Below, piece by piece: positions 16,766 through 31,362 of a stretch of DNA of 64,000 nucleotides. Below the pieces are notes generated by a model. That model saw only the letters and a list, made by a program, of their open reading frames with translations. It searched no databases and had not been told where the DNA came from. Each line of letters opens with the position of its first letter. Within the stretch, counting starts at the first letter, position 1. Made by a program: the position numbers and the translations under genes. Origin of the DNA: the human T2T-CHM13v2.0 reference genome, Homo sapiens. The DNA is taken from the NCBI RefSeq assembly GCF_009914755.1, contig NC_060925.1. One strand, given 5' to 3'.

Positions 16766-17964
16766 CATCAAAATATTTAAGAGTAATCAAATACACTTTC
16801 TTCTCTCATGAACCTTAAAATATGGCAGGGGAAGATAGACATTAAGTGATGAAGCAAAGATACTGAGACTCTCTGGGGCGAGAGGATCACACGTTGAGAA
16901 CTGCTGAATTGGGATAATGAAGGGAAGGAAGCATACAATCCCAAATCACCATTAAACCAAAAGTTGTTTACAGGATTCAAAATGGACATAATAGAAACTT
17001 AGGGTTAAAATTAGAGCCATATTAGGAACATATAGATCATTCTAAAAATGTCACTGAGTAAAAATATACAGGTTAAGAAAATTAGTTGTACTTGGCTAGA
17101 TGTAAACATATCACTTGAACAAAAGAACAGCATACATGTTATTATTTATTCAAATTGTGTATTACTCCCTCTTTTTACAAGAACCTTAAAAAAAATTATG
17201 CTGGGTCTCCAGTTGAACAGTGCCACTTCTCAATTACACATTCTCTTTCTCCATACACATAGCCTTGACTTTGAGAATGTATCAGAGACCTTGCAAAGGG
17301 AATGGAAAGTGGGTATGTGGTGTTTGGCATCTGATTGGATGTGGAGGGCAAGAGAAGGGACAGGTAAAAAAATGATCCTTAGGATTGGAGGTGGGTGATT
17401 GTGGATTTTGGCATCATCAAAAGAAATAGGGAGACTAGGAATACAGATGAAACATTTGTTTTGAGTCATGCTGAATTTGAAATCAATAGACTACCTCAAG
17501 TGGTGATGTGTAAACAGACAGTTAGAAATGTAAAACCGGTCCTGGGATTCAAGGTGGAGATGCACTTTGGGAAGTCATCGGATAATATTTGAATCATGAT
17601 ATTATATAAATTAGAATATATTAAGTGCCATATTAGTATAGAACATAGGAATGATAAGTTTAAAGAAGAGATTAATTGAAGGAATCTTCCTGGAAGTGAG
17701 TTATGATTAAGATCTGTTAGAAAAGAGAAAAATTTTCCAGGCCTATTTTTTCTCCTATTTTATACTTAATATATTGAGGAGAAATTTTGCATAAGAACTA
17801 CTTTTATTATTTCTTTACATTCTATGGTATTTTTACATGTAAAAGCTATCATAATAATTATTTGAAATTAATGTAGCTGAACTTAACCACTATTTTAGAA
17901 AAGACACAATTGAAACACACAATTTAAGGATTTGCCATGAATCTTGTCACAAACCAGTTTTCTA

Positions 17965-18733
17965 AAGCTCAGCATCACTGATCATTACAGAAATGCAAAT
18001 CAAAACCACAGTGAGATACCATCTAAGACTAGCCAGAATGGCTATTACTAAAAAGTCAAAAAGTCACAGATGCTGTCGAGGTGGAGAAAAAGGAATGCTT
18101 ATACACTGTTGGTGGAAATGTAAATTAGTTCAACCATTGTGGAAGACGGTGTGGCAATTCTTCAAAGACCTAAAGACAGAAATACCATTCAACTAGCAAT
18201 TTCATTATTTTGTATATACCCGAAGGAATATAAATCATTCTATTATAAAGACACATTCACGCATATGTTCATTGCAGCACTGTTCACAATAGCAAAGACA
18301 TGGAATCAACCTAAATGCCCACCAATAATAGACTGGATACAGGAAAGGTGGTACATACACATCATGGAATACTATGCAGCCATAAGAAAGAATGAGATTA
18401 TGTCTTCTGTGGGGACATGGATGGAACTGAAGCCCTTAGCAAACTAACACAGGAACAGAAAACGAAATACTACATGTTCTGTCTTATAAGTGGGAGCTAA
18501 ATGATGAGAACACGTGGGCACATAGAGGGGAACAACAGACACTGGAGCCTTTTGGAGGGTGGGGAGTGACAGGAGGGAGAGGATTAGGAAAAATAACTAA
18601 TGAGTACTAGGCTTAATTACCTGGGTGATGAAATAATCTGTACAATAAACCGCCATGACATGTTTACCTATGTAACAAACCTGCACTTGTACCCTTGAAT
18701 TTAAAATTAAAAGAGAGAAGTGGAAAAAAAAAA
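17965..18733 (+). mobile_element. Older L1PA 3' end, sense to PKN2
   Basis: MQIKTTVRYHL...[19 protein letters not shown] (ORF2 C-terminal cysteine-rich region), 3'UTR and A-rich tail. Confidence 0.9.
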
Positions 18734-20423
18734 GAACTTAAGGTTTTCTTATTCCACTTCCCGCCATTAATATACCACCTTTGCGTAATCAGTCTGGACA
18801 GTTTTGGTTTTGAAACATGTTTCTATGTTGGAAGTGTAAGAACCTCAGATTTGGTACATGCTGTCAATTGGAGTAGATATGATTTTTAATTATTTTTTAT
18901 TGAGATGTCATTTCTACCAATAGTAATCCTGGTAGTATTGATTAAATGTGAAATAAGATTGGGATGAAAAAATTGACTTCATATTAATGAGGTGTTTGAA
19001 TTGTAGCCATTAAATCATAGTTATTTAAGTTCTCAATTTGGATATATAATGCATTTTAATAAAATGTATATGTATTTGGAATGTTTGTAGAATGCTTATA
19101 AAGAAAGTTTACAATTGTAGGTAGAAATGTGATCATTTATATTGTTCAATAAGTAGAGAGGTGAAATCTCTGGAAGTTTCAAAGCTGGAGGGATAAAATG
19201 ATGCTTGGGGAATGGCAGTCAAAATTTCAGGAGGAAGGAACTGTATTTTATGTAATTTTCTTATATTGTCCTCTACAGTTCTAATATAAACATATATGAT
19301 TGGATCATAAATTATACTTAGTATGTGTATGTGAGTGTATGTATACATGTATATATATTGAACTGGCAAGAGAAATAGAAACATTATTTTTAATGTGGGA
19401 AAATTATTTTTAACTTACTTTTTTCCCTCTAAGCCTTCATAATCTAGTGCTAAGGTGAATAAACTTTAGTGATACATTATTGGTTTAAAAAATTATTTTT
19501 GTTTTACATATGATATTTTAGGAATATATTATGGGCTTAAAAGTCACAACTGTTTTCCAATATGATCTGAATACATTTTTAAAGCAAGTTATATTAAATA
19601 TGTTTCTGTAAACTGAGAGCTAAGCCACCAACTTATGGAAAGAGTAGCTTGCTCTTTATATCACCACTGACTAGAATAGGATGGCGCATATAATAGGTAT
19701 TTAATTAATTTTTGCTAAATGAGATAATTTTTTAGAAAAAAAACCTGTATTCTAAGTATAGGATAGATGATGTATCAAAATACCTATATGCCAAAAACTG
19801 AATTGTAATTTATATCTGATCAGACTGTTTTAGGCCACTGGTACCCCTTCCCAGGTTTGCTTTTATACTACCTATGGTGGAATATGACTTCTGTAGGAGG
19901 AGTGTACTTTCAATTATGATTTTGCATACTACTAAAATTTCTTCAAGACAGTGAAGCATACTGTATTCTGAATTATTAAGAATGTAATGATGTATGTGAT
20001 TCTTTCAGACAGAAAATACTCAGGGTGTGTTATAAATTATTAAAAACATTAACAATATACCATAAAATGTAAAGTATTTTAAATTAAGGTTGTAAATGAG
20101 AATCCATTTAAGACACTAACTTGTGAAGATTCCAGTTGACTATTACTTAAATGATACATTTGTGCCATCTTAGTAGTTTCGTTTATTTTATTTTATGTTT
20201 TTATTATACTTTAAGTTCTAGGGTACATGTGCACAACGTGCAGGTTTGTTACATATGTATACATGTGCCATGTTGGTGTGCTGCACCCATTAACTCATCA
20301 TTTACATTAGGTATTTCTCCTAATACTATCCCTCCCACCTACCCCCACCCCACAACAGGCCCAGTGTGTGATGTTCCCCACCCTGTGTCCAAGTGTTCTC
20401 ATTGTTCAGTTCCCACCTATGAG

Positions 20424-23400
20424 TGAGAACATGCAATGTTTGGTTTTCTGTCCTTGCGATAGTTTGCTCAGAATGATGGTTTCCAGCTTCATCCATGTCC
20501 CTACAAAGGAAGTGAACTCATCCTTTTTTATGGCTGTATAGTATTCCATGGTGTATATGTGCCACGCTTTCTTAATCCAGTCTATTGTTGATGGACATTT
20601 GGGTTAGTTCCAAGTCTTTGCTATTGTGAATAGTGCTGCAATAAACATACATGTGCATATGTCTTTATAGTAGCATGATTTATAATCCTTTGGGTATATA
20701 CCCAGTTAATGGGATTGCTGGGTCAAATGGTATTTCTAGTTCTAGATCCTTGAGGAATTGCCACTCTTCTCTTCCACAATGGTTGAACTAGTTTACACTC
20801 CCACCAACAGTGTAAAAGTGTTCCTATTTCTCCACATCCTCTCCAGCATCTGTTGTTTCCCTACTTTTTAATGATCACCAGTCTAACTGGTGTGAGATGG
20901 TATCTCATTGTGGTTTTGATTTGCATTTCTCTGCTGGCCAGTGATGATGAGCTTTTTTTCATGTGTCCGTTGCCTGCATAAATGTCTTCTTTTGAGAAGT
21001 GTCCGTTCATATCCTTTGCCCACTTTTTGATGGGGTTGTTTGATTTTTTTCTTGTAAATTTCTTTAAGTTCTTTGTAGATTCTGGATATTAGCCCTTTGT
21101 CGGATGAATAGATTGCAAAAATTTTCTCCCATTCTGTAGGTTGCCTGTTCACTCTGATGGTAGTTTCTTTTGCTATGCAGAAGCTCTTCAGTTTAATTAG
21201 ATCCCATTTGTCTATTTTGGCTTTTGTTGCCATTGCTTTTGGTGTTTTAGTCATGAAGTCCTTGCCCATGCCTATGTCCTGAATGGTATTGCCTAGGTTT
21301 TCTTCTAGGGTTTTTATGGTTGTAGGTCGTCTAACATTTAAGTCTTTAATCCATCTTGAATTAATATTTGTACAAGGTGTAAGGAAGGGATCCAGTTTCA
21401 GCTTTCTACATATGGCTAGCCAGTTTTCCCAGCACCACTTATTAAATAGGGAATCCTTTCTCCATTTCTTGTTTCTGTCTGGTTTGTCAAAGATCAGATG
21501 GTTGTAGATGGGTGGTATTATTTCTGAGGCCTCTGTTCTGTTCCATTTGTCTATATCTCTGTTTTGGTACCAGTACCGTGCTGTTTTGGTTACTGTAGCC
21601 TTGTAGTATAGTTTAAATTCAGGTAGCATGATGCCTCCAGCTTTGTTCTTTTTGCTTAGGATTGTCTTGGCAATGCGGGCTCTTTTTTGGTTCCGTATGA
21701 ACTTTAAAGTAGTTTTTTCCAATTCTGTGAAGAAAGGCATTGGTAGTTTGATGTGGATGGCATTGAATCTATAAATTACCATGGGCAGTGTGGCCATTTT
21801 CACGATATTGATTCTTCCTATCCATGAGCATGGAACGTTCTTCCATTTGTTTGTGTCCTCTTTTATTTTGTTGAGCAGTGGTTTGTAGTTCTCCTTGAAG
21901 AGGTCCTTCACATCCCTTGTAAGTTGGATTCCTAGGTATTTTATTCTCTTTGAAGCAATTGTGAATGGGAGTGATTTGGTTCTGTATTTGTCTGTTCTTG
22001 GTGTATAGGAATGCTTGTGATTTTTGCACATTGATTTTGTATCCTGAGACTGCTAAAGTTACTTATCAGGTTAAGGAGATTTGGGGCTGAGACGATGGGG
22101 TTTTCTAAATATACAATCTTGTCATCTGCAAACAGGGACAATTTGACTTCCTCTTTTCCTAATTGAATACCCTTTCTTTCTTTCTCCTGCCTGATTGCCC
22201 TGGCCAGAACTTCCAATGCTGTGTTGAACAGGAGTGGTGAGAGAGGGCATCCCTGTCTTGTGCCAGTTTTCAAAGGGAATTCTTTCAGTTTTTGCCCATT
22301 CAGTATGATATTGGCTGTGGGTTTGTCATAAATAGCTCTTATTATTTTGAGATACGTCCCATCAATACCTAGTTTATTGACTGTTTTTAGTATGAAGCGC
22401 TGTTGAATTTTGTCAAAGGCCTTTTCTGCATCTATTGAGATAATCATGTGGCTTTTGTCTTTGGTTCTGTTGATATGCTGGATTACATTTATTGATTTGC
22501 ATATGTTGAACAAGCCTTGCATCCCAGGGATGAAGCCAAGTTGATCTTGGTGGATAAGCTTTTTGATGTGCTGCTGAGTTCGGTTTGCCAGTATTTTGTT
22601 GAGGATTTTTGCATTGATGTTCATCAGGGATATTGGTTTAAAATTATCTTTTTTTGTTGTATCTCTGCCAGGCTTTGCTATAATGCTGGCCTCATAAAAT
22701 GAGTTAGGGAGGGTTCCCTCTTTTTCTATTGATTGGAATAGTTTCAGAAGGAATGGTACCAGCTCTTCTTTGTACCTGTGGTAAAATTTGGCTGTGAATC
22801 CATCTGGTCCTGGACTTTTTTTGGTTGGTAGACTATTAATCATTTCCTCAATTTCAGAGTCTGTTATTGGTCTATTCAGGGATTCAACTTCTTCCTGGTT
22901 TAGTCTTGGGAGGGTGTATGTGTCCAGGAATTTATCCATTTCTTCTAGAATTTCTAGTTCATTTGCCTAGAGGTGTTTATAGTATTCTCTGATGGTAGTT
23001 TGTATTTCTGTGGGATCGGTGGTGATACCTGTATTTCTGTGGAATTGGTGATGATATCCCCTTTATCATTTTTTATTGTGTCTGTTTGATTCTTCTCTCT
23101 TTTCTTTATTAGTCTTGCTAGCGGTCCATCAATTTTGTTGATCTTTTCCAAAAACCAGCTCCTGGATTCATTGATTTTTTGAAGGGTTCTTTGTTTCTCT
23201 GTCTCTTTCAGTTCTGCTCTGATCTTAGTTATTTCTTGCTTTCTGCTAGCTTTTGAATGTGTTTGCTCTTGCTTCTCTAGTTCTTTTAATTGTGATGTTA
23301 GGGTGTTGATTTTAGATCTTTCCCACTTTCTCTTATGGGCATTTAGTGCTATAAATTTCTCTTTACACACTGCTTTAAATGTGTCCCAGAGATGCTGGTC

Positions 23401-24249
23401 CACTGTCTTTGTTCTCATTGGTTTCAAATAACTTGTTTATTTCTACCTTAATTTTTGTTATTTACCCAGTAGTCATTCAGGAGCAGGTTGTTCACTTTCC
23501 ATGTAGTTGTGTGGTTTTGAGTGAGTTTCTTAATCCTGAGTTCTAATCTGATTGCACTGTGGTCTGAAAGACAGTTCGTTATGATTTCTTTTCTTTTACA
23601 TTTGCTGAGGAGTGCTTTACTTCCAACTATGTGGTCAATTTTGGAATAAGTGCGATGTGGTGCTGAGAAGAATGTATATTCTGTTGATTTGGGGTGGAGA
23701 GTTCTGTAGATGTCTATTAGGTCTGCTTGGTGCAGAGCTGAGTTCAAGTCCTGGATATCCTTGTTAACTTTCTGTCTCGTTGATCTGTCTAATGTTGACA
23801 CTGGGGTGTTAAAGTCTCCCATTATTATTGTGTGGGAGTCTAAGTCTCTTTGTAGGTCTCTAAGGACTTGCTTTATGAATCTGGGTGCTCCTGTATTGGG
23901 TGCATATATATTTAAGATAGTTAGCTCTTTTTGTTGAATTGATCCCTTTACTATTATGTAATGGCCTTCTTTGTCTCTTTTGATCTTTGTTGGTTTAAAG
24001 TCTGTTTTATCAGAGACGAGGACTGCAACCCCTGCTTTTTTTTTGTTTTCCATTTGCTGGGTAGATCTTCCTCCATCCCTTTATTTTGAGCCTATGTGTG
24101 TCTCTGTACATGAGATGGGTCTCCTGAATACAGCACACTGATGGGTCTTGACTGTTTATCCAGTTTGCCAGTCTGTGTCTTTTAATTGGGGCATTTAGCC
24201 CATTTACATTTAAGGTTAATATTGTTATGTGTGAATTTGATCCTGTCAT
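20424..24249 (-). pseudogene. L1 ORF2p endonuclease/reverse transcriptase (frameshifted)
   Basis: MTGSNSHITILTLNVNGLN start; GDFN and SDH endonuclease motifs; QGCPLSP and LFADD RT motifs; split over at least 5 ORF fragments. Confidence 0.93.
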
Positions 24250-24309
24250 TATGATGTTAGCTGGTCATTTTGCTCATTAGTTGATGCAGTTTCTTCCTAT
24301 CATCGATGG

Positions 24310-25335
24310 TCTTTACAATTTGGCATGTTTTTGCAGTGGCTGGTACCAGTTGTTCCTTTCCATGTTTAGTGCTTCCTTCAGGAGCTCTTGTTAGGCAGGC
24401 CTGGTGGTGACAGAATCTCTCAGCATTTGCTTGTCTGTAAAGTATTTTATTTCTCCTTCACTTATGAAGCTTAGTTTGGCTGGATATGAAATTCTGGGTT
24501 GAAAATTCTTTTCTTTAAGAATGTTGAATATTGGCCCCCACTCTCTTCTGGCTTGTAGAGTTTCTGCCAAGAGATCAGCTGTTAGTCTGATGGGCTTCCC
24601 TTTGTGGGTAACCTGACCTTTCTCTCTGGCTGCCCTTAACATTTTTTCCTTCATTTCAACCTTGGTGAATCTGACAATTATGTATCTTGGAGTTGCTCTT
24701 CTCGAGGAGTATCTTTGTGGCATTCTCTGTATTTCCTGAATTTGAGTGTTGGCCTGCCTTGCTAGGTTGGGGAAGTTCTCCTGGATAATATCCTGCAGAG
24801 TGTTTTCCAACTTGGTTCCATTCTCCCCATCACTTTCAGGTACACCAATCAGACGTAGATTTGGTCTTTTCACATAGTCTCATATTTCTTGGAGGCTTTG
24901 TTCGTTTCTTTTTATTCTTTTTTCTCTAAACTTCTCTTGTTTCATTTCATTCATTTGATCTTCAATCACTGATATCCTTTCTTCTGCTTGATCGAATCGG
25001 CTACTGAAGCTTGTGCATGCGTCACGTAGTTCTCATGCCATGGTTTACAGCTCCATCAGGTCATTTAAGGTCTTCTCCATGCTATTTATTCTAGTCAGCC
25101 ATTCTTCTAATCTGTTTTCAAGGTTTTTAGCTTCCTTGCGATGGGTTCGAACATCCTCCTTTAGCTCGGAGAAGTTTGTTATTACCGATCTTCCGAAGCC
25201 TACTTCTGTCAACTCGTCAAAGTCATTCTCCATCCATCTTTGTTCTCTTGTTGGCAAGGAGCTGCGATCCTTTAGAGGAGAAGAGGCACTCTGGTTTTTA
25301 GAATTTTCAGCTTTTCTGCTCTGGTTTCTCCCCAT
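24310..25335 (-). pseudogene. L1 ORF1p (disrupted)
   Basis: MGRNQSRKAENSKNQSASS... and KRPNLRLIGVPESDGENGTKLENTLQDIIQENFPNLARQ, broken by stops; 3' boundary approximate. Confidence 0.9.
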
Positions 25336-27433
25336 CTTTGTGGTTTTATCTACCTTTGGTCTTTGATGATGGTGACCTACAGATGAGGTTTTGGTATGGA
25401 TGTCCTTTTTGTTGATGTTGATGCTGTTCCTTTCTGTTTGTTAGTTTTCCTTCTAACAGTCAGGAGCCTCAGCTGCAGGTCTGTTGGAGTTTGCTGGAGG
25501 TCCACTCCAGACCCTGTTTGCCTGGGTATCACCATCGGAGGCTGCAGAACAGCAAATATTGCAGAACAGCAAATGTTGCTGCCTGATCCTTCCTCTGGAA
25601 GCTTTGTCTCAGAGGGGCACCCACCTCTATGAGGTGTCCGTTGGGCCCTACTAGGAGGTGTCTCCCAGTTAGGCTACTCGGGGGTCAGGGACCCACTTGA
25701 GGAGGCAGTCTGTCCGTTCTCAGATCTCAAACTCCGTCCTGGGAGAACCACTGCTCTCCAAAGCTTTCAGACAGGGACATTTAAGTCTGCAGAAGTTTCT
25801 GCTGCCTTTGTTCAGCTATTCCCTGCCCCCAGAGGTGGGGTCTACAGAGGCAGGCAGGCCTCGTTCAGTAGTTTTGTTTTGATGTATTAAGATTAGTGGA
25901 GACCAACTTTACAATGAGAAAAATGAATGAGATAAAAGAAGCTTATGTATTAGGTTGAGTATAAATTTAAATATATCCTAATATTTCTCATATATTGAAA
26001 TATACCAAGTAACATGGCATTTGAACTGAAAATTTCTTAACATCTTTTCAAGGAAATGTGCTCTCAGAATAAAACAATTTTAAAAGATTGAGAGGTCTTT
26101 GCCTTTACCTGACAGAGGACTATCCTATATTTAATAACCTTCAGGGAATTCTGCAGCCTTTCACAATTACTTCCCCAGTAATGAAATCCAGTATTTACTT
26201 TTGGATAGCTTTCCCCCTTTAGTTTTTGTATCATTTCTTCCCTGTTTATTATAAGATATTATAGACATACTGAAGGTACACAGAGAGTAATAAAAACACT
26301 GTTGTATTGACCAGCCATCAAATAAATAAATAAATAAACATTACCAGTTTTGTTGAATGAAACCTTCTGGATACCTCTCTCTTTCTTACCCTCCCCATTC
26401 CTAAACCCCCACCTACTATGCTAAATGTGATATTTATCATTTCCACATCAGAAATTATTTCTTACAAACCCTCATGGTAATTTAAGAATATTTTTTCTTG
26501 TGTCGTTAGCATATACGAAGACCAGTATGAGGACAATGGAAAGGTTGCACTTGTTTTCCTAAATCACATTTGTGTCAAATTGCCAGTGGAATATTTTATT
26601 GCTCACTAATTTTTAACTTGTTTCAACAAAGTCATTTGGATCTTTTATTGTTTCTATTTGCAAATATCTTTTATTTATCTTCTACTTAACTAGTTTTATT
26701 TCCTCAGGGATGTGGTTTTATATTGTCCATATAGTTTCATTTTTCCTTTCTCTACCTTCCAGCTCGGAGTAACTAACAACTTGCTTTTATTTCTTCAGTC
26801 TAATGAGTAAAACAAAACATTTAATGAGAAGCCCAAATCTGATTCCCTCCCTTGTTCTGTCTCTTCCTATCTGTCCATCCATTCATCCATCTATTTATAT
26901 TAGTTTTGTTGTTGTTTTGTTGTATACTTAAAAACAACAAAGACATCTCTGGGCTTTTATTTTGTAAGTTTTTCCTCTTACTATATATTTCTTTATTTAA
27001 GCCAAATACTTCATATCATTATGCTTGAAATAGATATGCTACTGTGTTTTCTATTGTGTCTGTGCTTATTTAAAAAATAACACTCTAGCACACTGGGAGT
27101 TTTTGTGATAGATCTATTCTAAATTAATCGTATACATAAAACAATTTAGTTTCATCTTTTCAACATTCTTATGTTTCATCTTTTCAACATTCTTATTCTT
27201 ACTGTCCATTGGCCACTTTTTGGCTATATTTAGTAATAATGATGATAATGTTATCTCTCTTGATAATTGCATAAGTGATAAGTAACAGATACTGTGACTA
27301 AGATATATATAAATTTAATCATTTTAATAATTCTTTGAGGTAAGAAAAATCTGAGATTATTGAGTGTGTAGTGTGCCAAAATTCACACAAGTAGTAAGTG
27401 ATAGAGCTGGGATTTTGAACTAGGAGTCAAAAT

Positions 27434-27733
27434 GTTTTTTGTTGTTGTTGTTGTTGTTGTTTTTAAGACAAGGTCTCACTCTGTTGCTCAGGGTGGAGTG
27501 CAGTGGCACCAATCACGGCTTGCTGCAGCCTCAACCTCTGGGGTTCAGCTGATCCTCTCACCTCAGCCTCCCGAGTAGCTGGGACTATAGGTGCACGCTA
27601 ATTTTTGCAATTTTTGTAGAGACGAGGTTTCACCATGTTGCCCAGGCTGGTCTTGAACTCCTGGGCTCAAGCAATCCTCCTGCCTTGCCTCCCAAAGCCT
27701 TAGGATTACAGGTGTGAGCCACCGCGCCTGACC
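27434..27733 (-). mobile_element. AluJ
   Basis: ctcctgggctcaagcaatcctcc AluJ diagnostics; (TTG)n tail. Confidence 0.88.
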
Positions 27734-28043
27734 AAAACTTGTTCTTAATTGTTCTGATATACTCGTAGGCTTCATGATTTCTTAAGAGTTGTTTAGATTT
27801 CTGTTGCACTGAGTCTCTGCCTCTATTGGAGTCACTTCCCAACCTGTCCGTCTCCATGTCTGTTTGTCTCTATTGTTGTCTTCAGAACCAGAATTTCTGC
27901 ATATTTCCAAAATGCTCCTAGGAGGTAATACAGCCCCATTGAGAAGTTCTGGCTAGGGGTAAGGACTTTTAACTCACATTTAGAGATGGAAGAAAAATAT
28001 AATGTATAAGTAGCCCTTTTCAAAAAATGTTTCGTGACCCTTT

Positions 28044-28774
28044 TTTTTATTATTTCAACAGATTTTGGGGGGAACAGGTGGTGTTTGGTTACATGGATAA
28101 GTTATTTAGTGGTGATTTCTGAGATTTTGGTGCACCCATCACCAGAGCAGTGTACACTGTACCCAGTGTATGTCTTCTGTCCCTCACCCCACTCCCACCT
28201 TTCCCTCTGGTGTTCCCAAAGTCCATTGTATCATTCTTACGCCTTTGCATCTCATAGCTTAGCTCCCACTTATGAGTGAGAACATATGATGTTTGGTTTT
28301 CCATTCCTGAGTTACTTCACTTAGAATAGTTGTCTCCGATTCTATCCAGGCTGCTTGCAAATGCCATTATTTTGTTCCTTTTTATGGCTTAGTATCATAT
28401 ACACACACACACCATATTTTCTTTGTCCACTTGTTAATTGATGGGCATTTGGGCTGGTTCTGTATTTTTGTAATTGCAAATTGTGCTGCTATAGACATGT
28501 GTGCAAGTGTCTTTTTCATATAATGACTTTTTTTTTCGTCTGGGTAGATACCCAGTAGTGGGATTGCTGGATCAAATGGTAGACCTACTTTTAGTTCTTT
28601 AAGGAATCTCCACACTGTTTTCCGTAGTGGTTGTACTAGTTTACATTCCCACCAGCAGTGTAGAAGTGTTCCCTTTTCACCATATCCATACCAACATCTA
28701 TTTTTTTTTATTTTTAAAATTATGGCCATTCTTGAAGGAATGGCCTTGTGTAAGGTGGTATCGCATTGTGTTTT
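28044..28774 (-). mobile_element. L1PB-type 3' end
   Basis: gggggaacaggtggtgtttggttacatggataag 3'UTR; [12 protein letters not shown] peptide; TSD tgacccttt at 28035 and 28775. Confidence 0.85.
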
Positions 28775-29940
28775 TGACCCTTTGTTCTTAAGGGTCTCAG
28801 TTAAATTATATTGGTTAGTAATAGGTATACGGAACTAATTATCATTATTTCTTATATTGTTAGAACTGTGGACACAGTGGGGGGCTTGCCTGTTTTATCT
28901 ACTGGGAATTCCAGGGATGGGAGAAGGTTCAGAATGAAAAAAGTGTGAGTACAAATAGAATCTAGACCTTAAGAAAGGTTTTTCTGATTATTGGGAGGTC
29001 TGCTTAATATGATTTTTGAAGTTACTTAAATTTTTAACATGGTTGATTTTGTATAAAGGAGGTATTATGGTAAGTTAATTAATTAAGGTCTTATTGGATG
29101 CCCTTTTGTGAATATAGTGTATTTTTCTAAAAAGTCTTTTTTGCATAGTAGGCTCACAAGAAATAGCTGATAGCTAGAAGGTAACTGGTTGACAAGAGGG
29201 TGCATCTACATAGGCTTTGAATTTAGGGTGCTTGGATAAACCTCAGGAATCTGTGAACCTCATGAAACCTCCTACCACTCTATGTGAGTGTGTGTGTGTG
29301 TGTTGCACACATGGAATTTTCTGAGGTCAGTTGCTTTCATCAGGATCCCATACAAATCTACATTTGTAATCTGCATCCCTATTCCTCATCCCAACTCCAT
29401 ATACATGCAACAGATTAAGGAACAGTACTAGACGAAAGTTGATAGAATTGATCAGTGGCATGGTGATCAGATGCTCTAGAGTCATTGGTAGGCTCTAGTA
29501 CTTGTCTCATGATAATGAGCCCTCTTGTTTAAAGTACTCATAAAGTAAAATTATTTCTGTTTCAAGCACATAAGATTATAAGAATGTGGAATGTGCAGAT
29601 AAGACAGGGAAATTAGTCTGTTAAGTAATCATTAAGAGGACAATTATTAATAAAGTTCAGATTTTACTCACTGTATAATATTCTTTTATGCTTGAATATG
29701 TATGCGACCTAATGGAAAGGAACAATGACTTGTGACTGAAAGCCCTTTCCATATTATAAACATGAGGTCTGTCTTTATTTCTGATTCTACCTGTTTATGT
29801 TTCCCAATACATATGTTTTCTTTTTGCCTAAAACGTTTTCTATAACTAGACCTTTGGAGGCAGGGAGGGGTGGAGATTGGATTTGGATATGAGGGATTGC
29901 TATTTCTCCCATAAAATGTAAAAAATTGCCTTAAAAATAT

Positions 29941-30228
29941 CACTTTGAGAGGCTAAGGCAGGAGAATCGCTTGAGCCAGGAGTTCAAGACCAGCCTGGGC
30001 AACGTAGCACAGTGAGACCCCATCTCTACAAAAAAATTTAAAGAAATAGCCAACCACAGTGGCACGTGCCTATATAGTTCCAGTTACTCAGGAAGCTGAG
30101 GTGGGAGGATCACTTGATCTTGAGGGGTTGAGACTGCAGTGAGACATGATTGTGCCACTGCGCTCTAGCTTGGGTGACAGTGCAAGACCCTGTCTCAAAA
30201 TAAAAAAAAAAAAAAGAAACGAAAAAAA
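29941..30228 (+). mobile_element. 5'-truncated AluJ
   Basis: Alu body with A-tail. Confidence 0.88.
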
Positions 30229-30510
30229 TTATTGATTGACTGTGATGTGCTGGGGACATAGTAGTGAGCAAGAAGGATTCTGCCTCTGCACTTAGAAAGC
30301 CTGTCTTATCATCAGTCAGGGAAGACAAATAAATAAAGGTGTGATGAGGGATATGATAGGAAATGTAAGTGGAATGTACTGTGGGTCACCTGGCAGGAGC
30401 ATCTAACCAATATAGGTGAGATCAAGGATCGCTTTCCACCTCGACCTGAAGGATAAGGAGTTAGCCAGAGGAAAACTGTTCAGACTGTTCATTCAAACAT
30501 GGTTCTTTGA

Positions 30511-31104
<594 letters not shown>

Positions 31105-31362
31105 AAATCCAGGTATCCTTTTTATGTTTTCATTTCAATGTACTTTTGCCTCATTTCAGGTGGCATAATATTTTTAGTTATCAAAATTCTATTTTAAGCA
31201 GTATTGGTGGAGTTTTAAAATCTAAAAGGCATGTATTTGTCCATTCATTTTAAAACACAGGATACTGAGCATATACACCCCCTTCTTATATAATATTTTG
31301 CCTTCTCATCTATTTTTTCTCTTTTGGTTCTCATAATAATATTGAGACGTAGGCATTTTTTC

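Larger units (their letters stand above)
20185..25866 (-). mobile_element. Near-full-length L1PA (about L1PA5-7), 5' UTR truncated
   Basis: Partial 5'UTR, ORF1, ORF2 and 3'UTR in order. TSD agtagtttcgttt (20172-20184) / agtagttttgttt (25867-25879), followed by a TTTT/GA endonuclease site. Confidence 0.97.

Noticed and set aside
20883-24249. Long ORFs with endonuclease and reverse-transcriptase motifs as a novel RT system or an active L1
   Set aside because: Standard L1 ORF2p sequence, broken by several frameshifts and stops; a dead L1PA copy.
25544-25580. gcagaacagcaaat direct repeat
   Set aside because: As I recall, this is a normal feature of older L1PA 5' UTRs rather than a locus-specific event.
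25336-25866. L1 antisense promoter/ORF0 driving chimeric PKN2 transcripts (orientation would fit)
   Set aside because: The element ends at gcaggcaggcctc, before the ORF0 start (MAGAPPP...) and its splice donors. The YY1-containing 5' end is also missing, so at most part of the antisense promoter remains.
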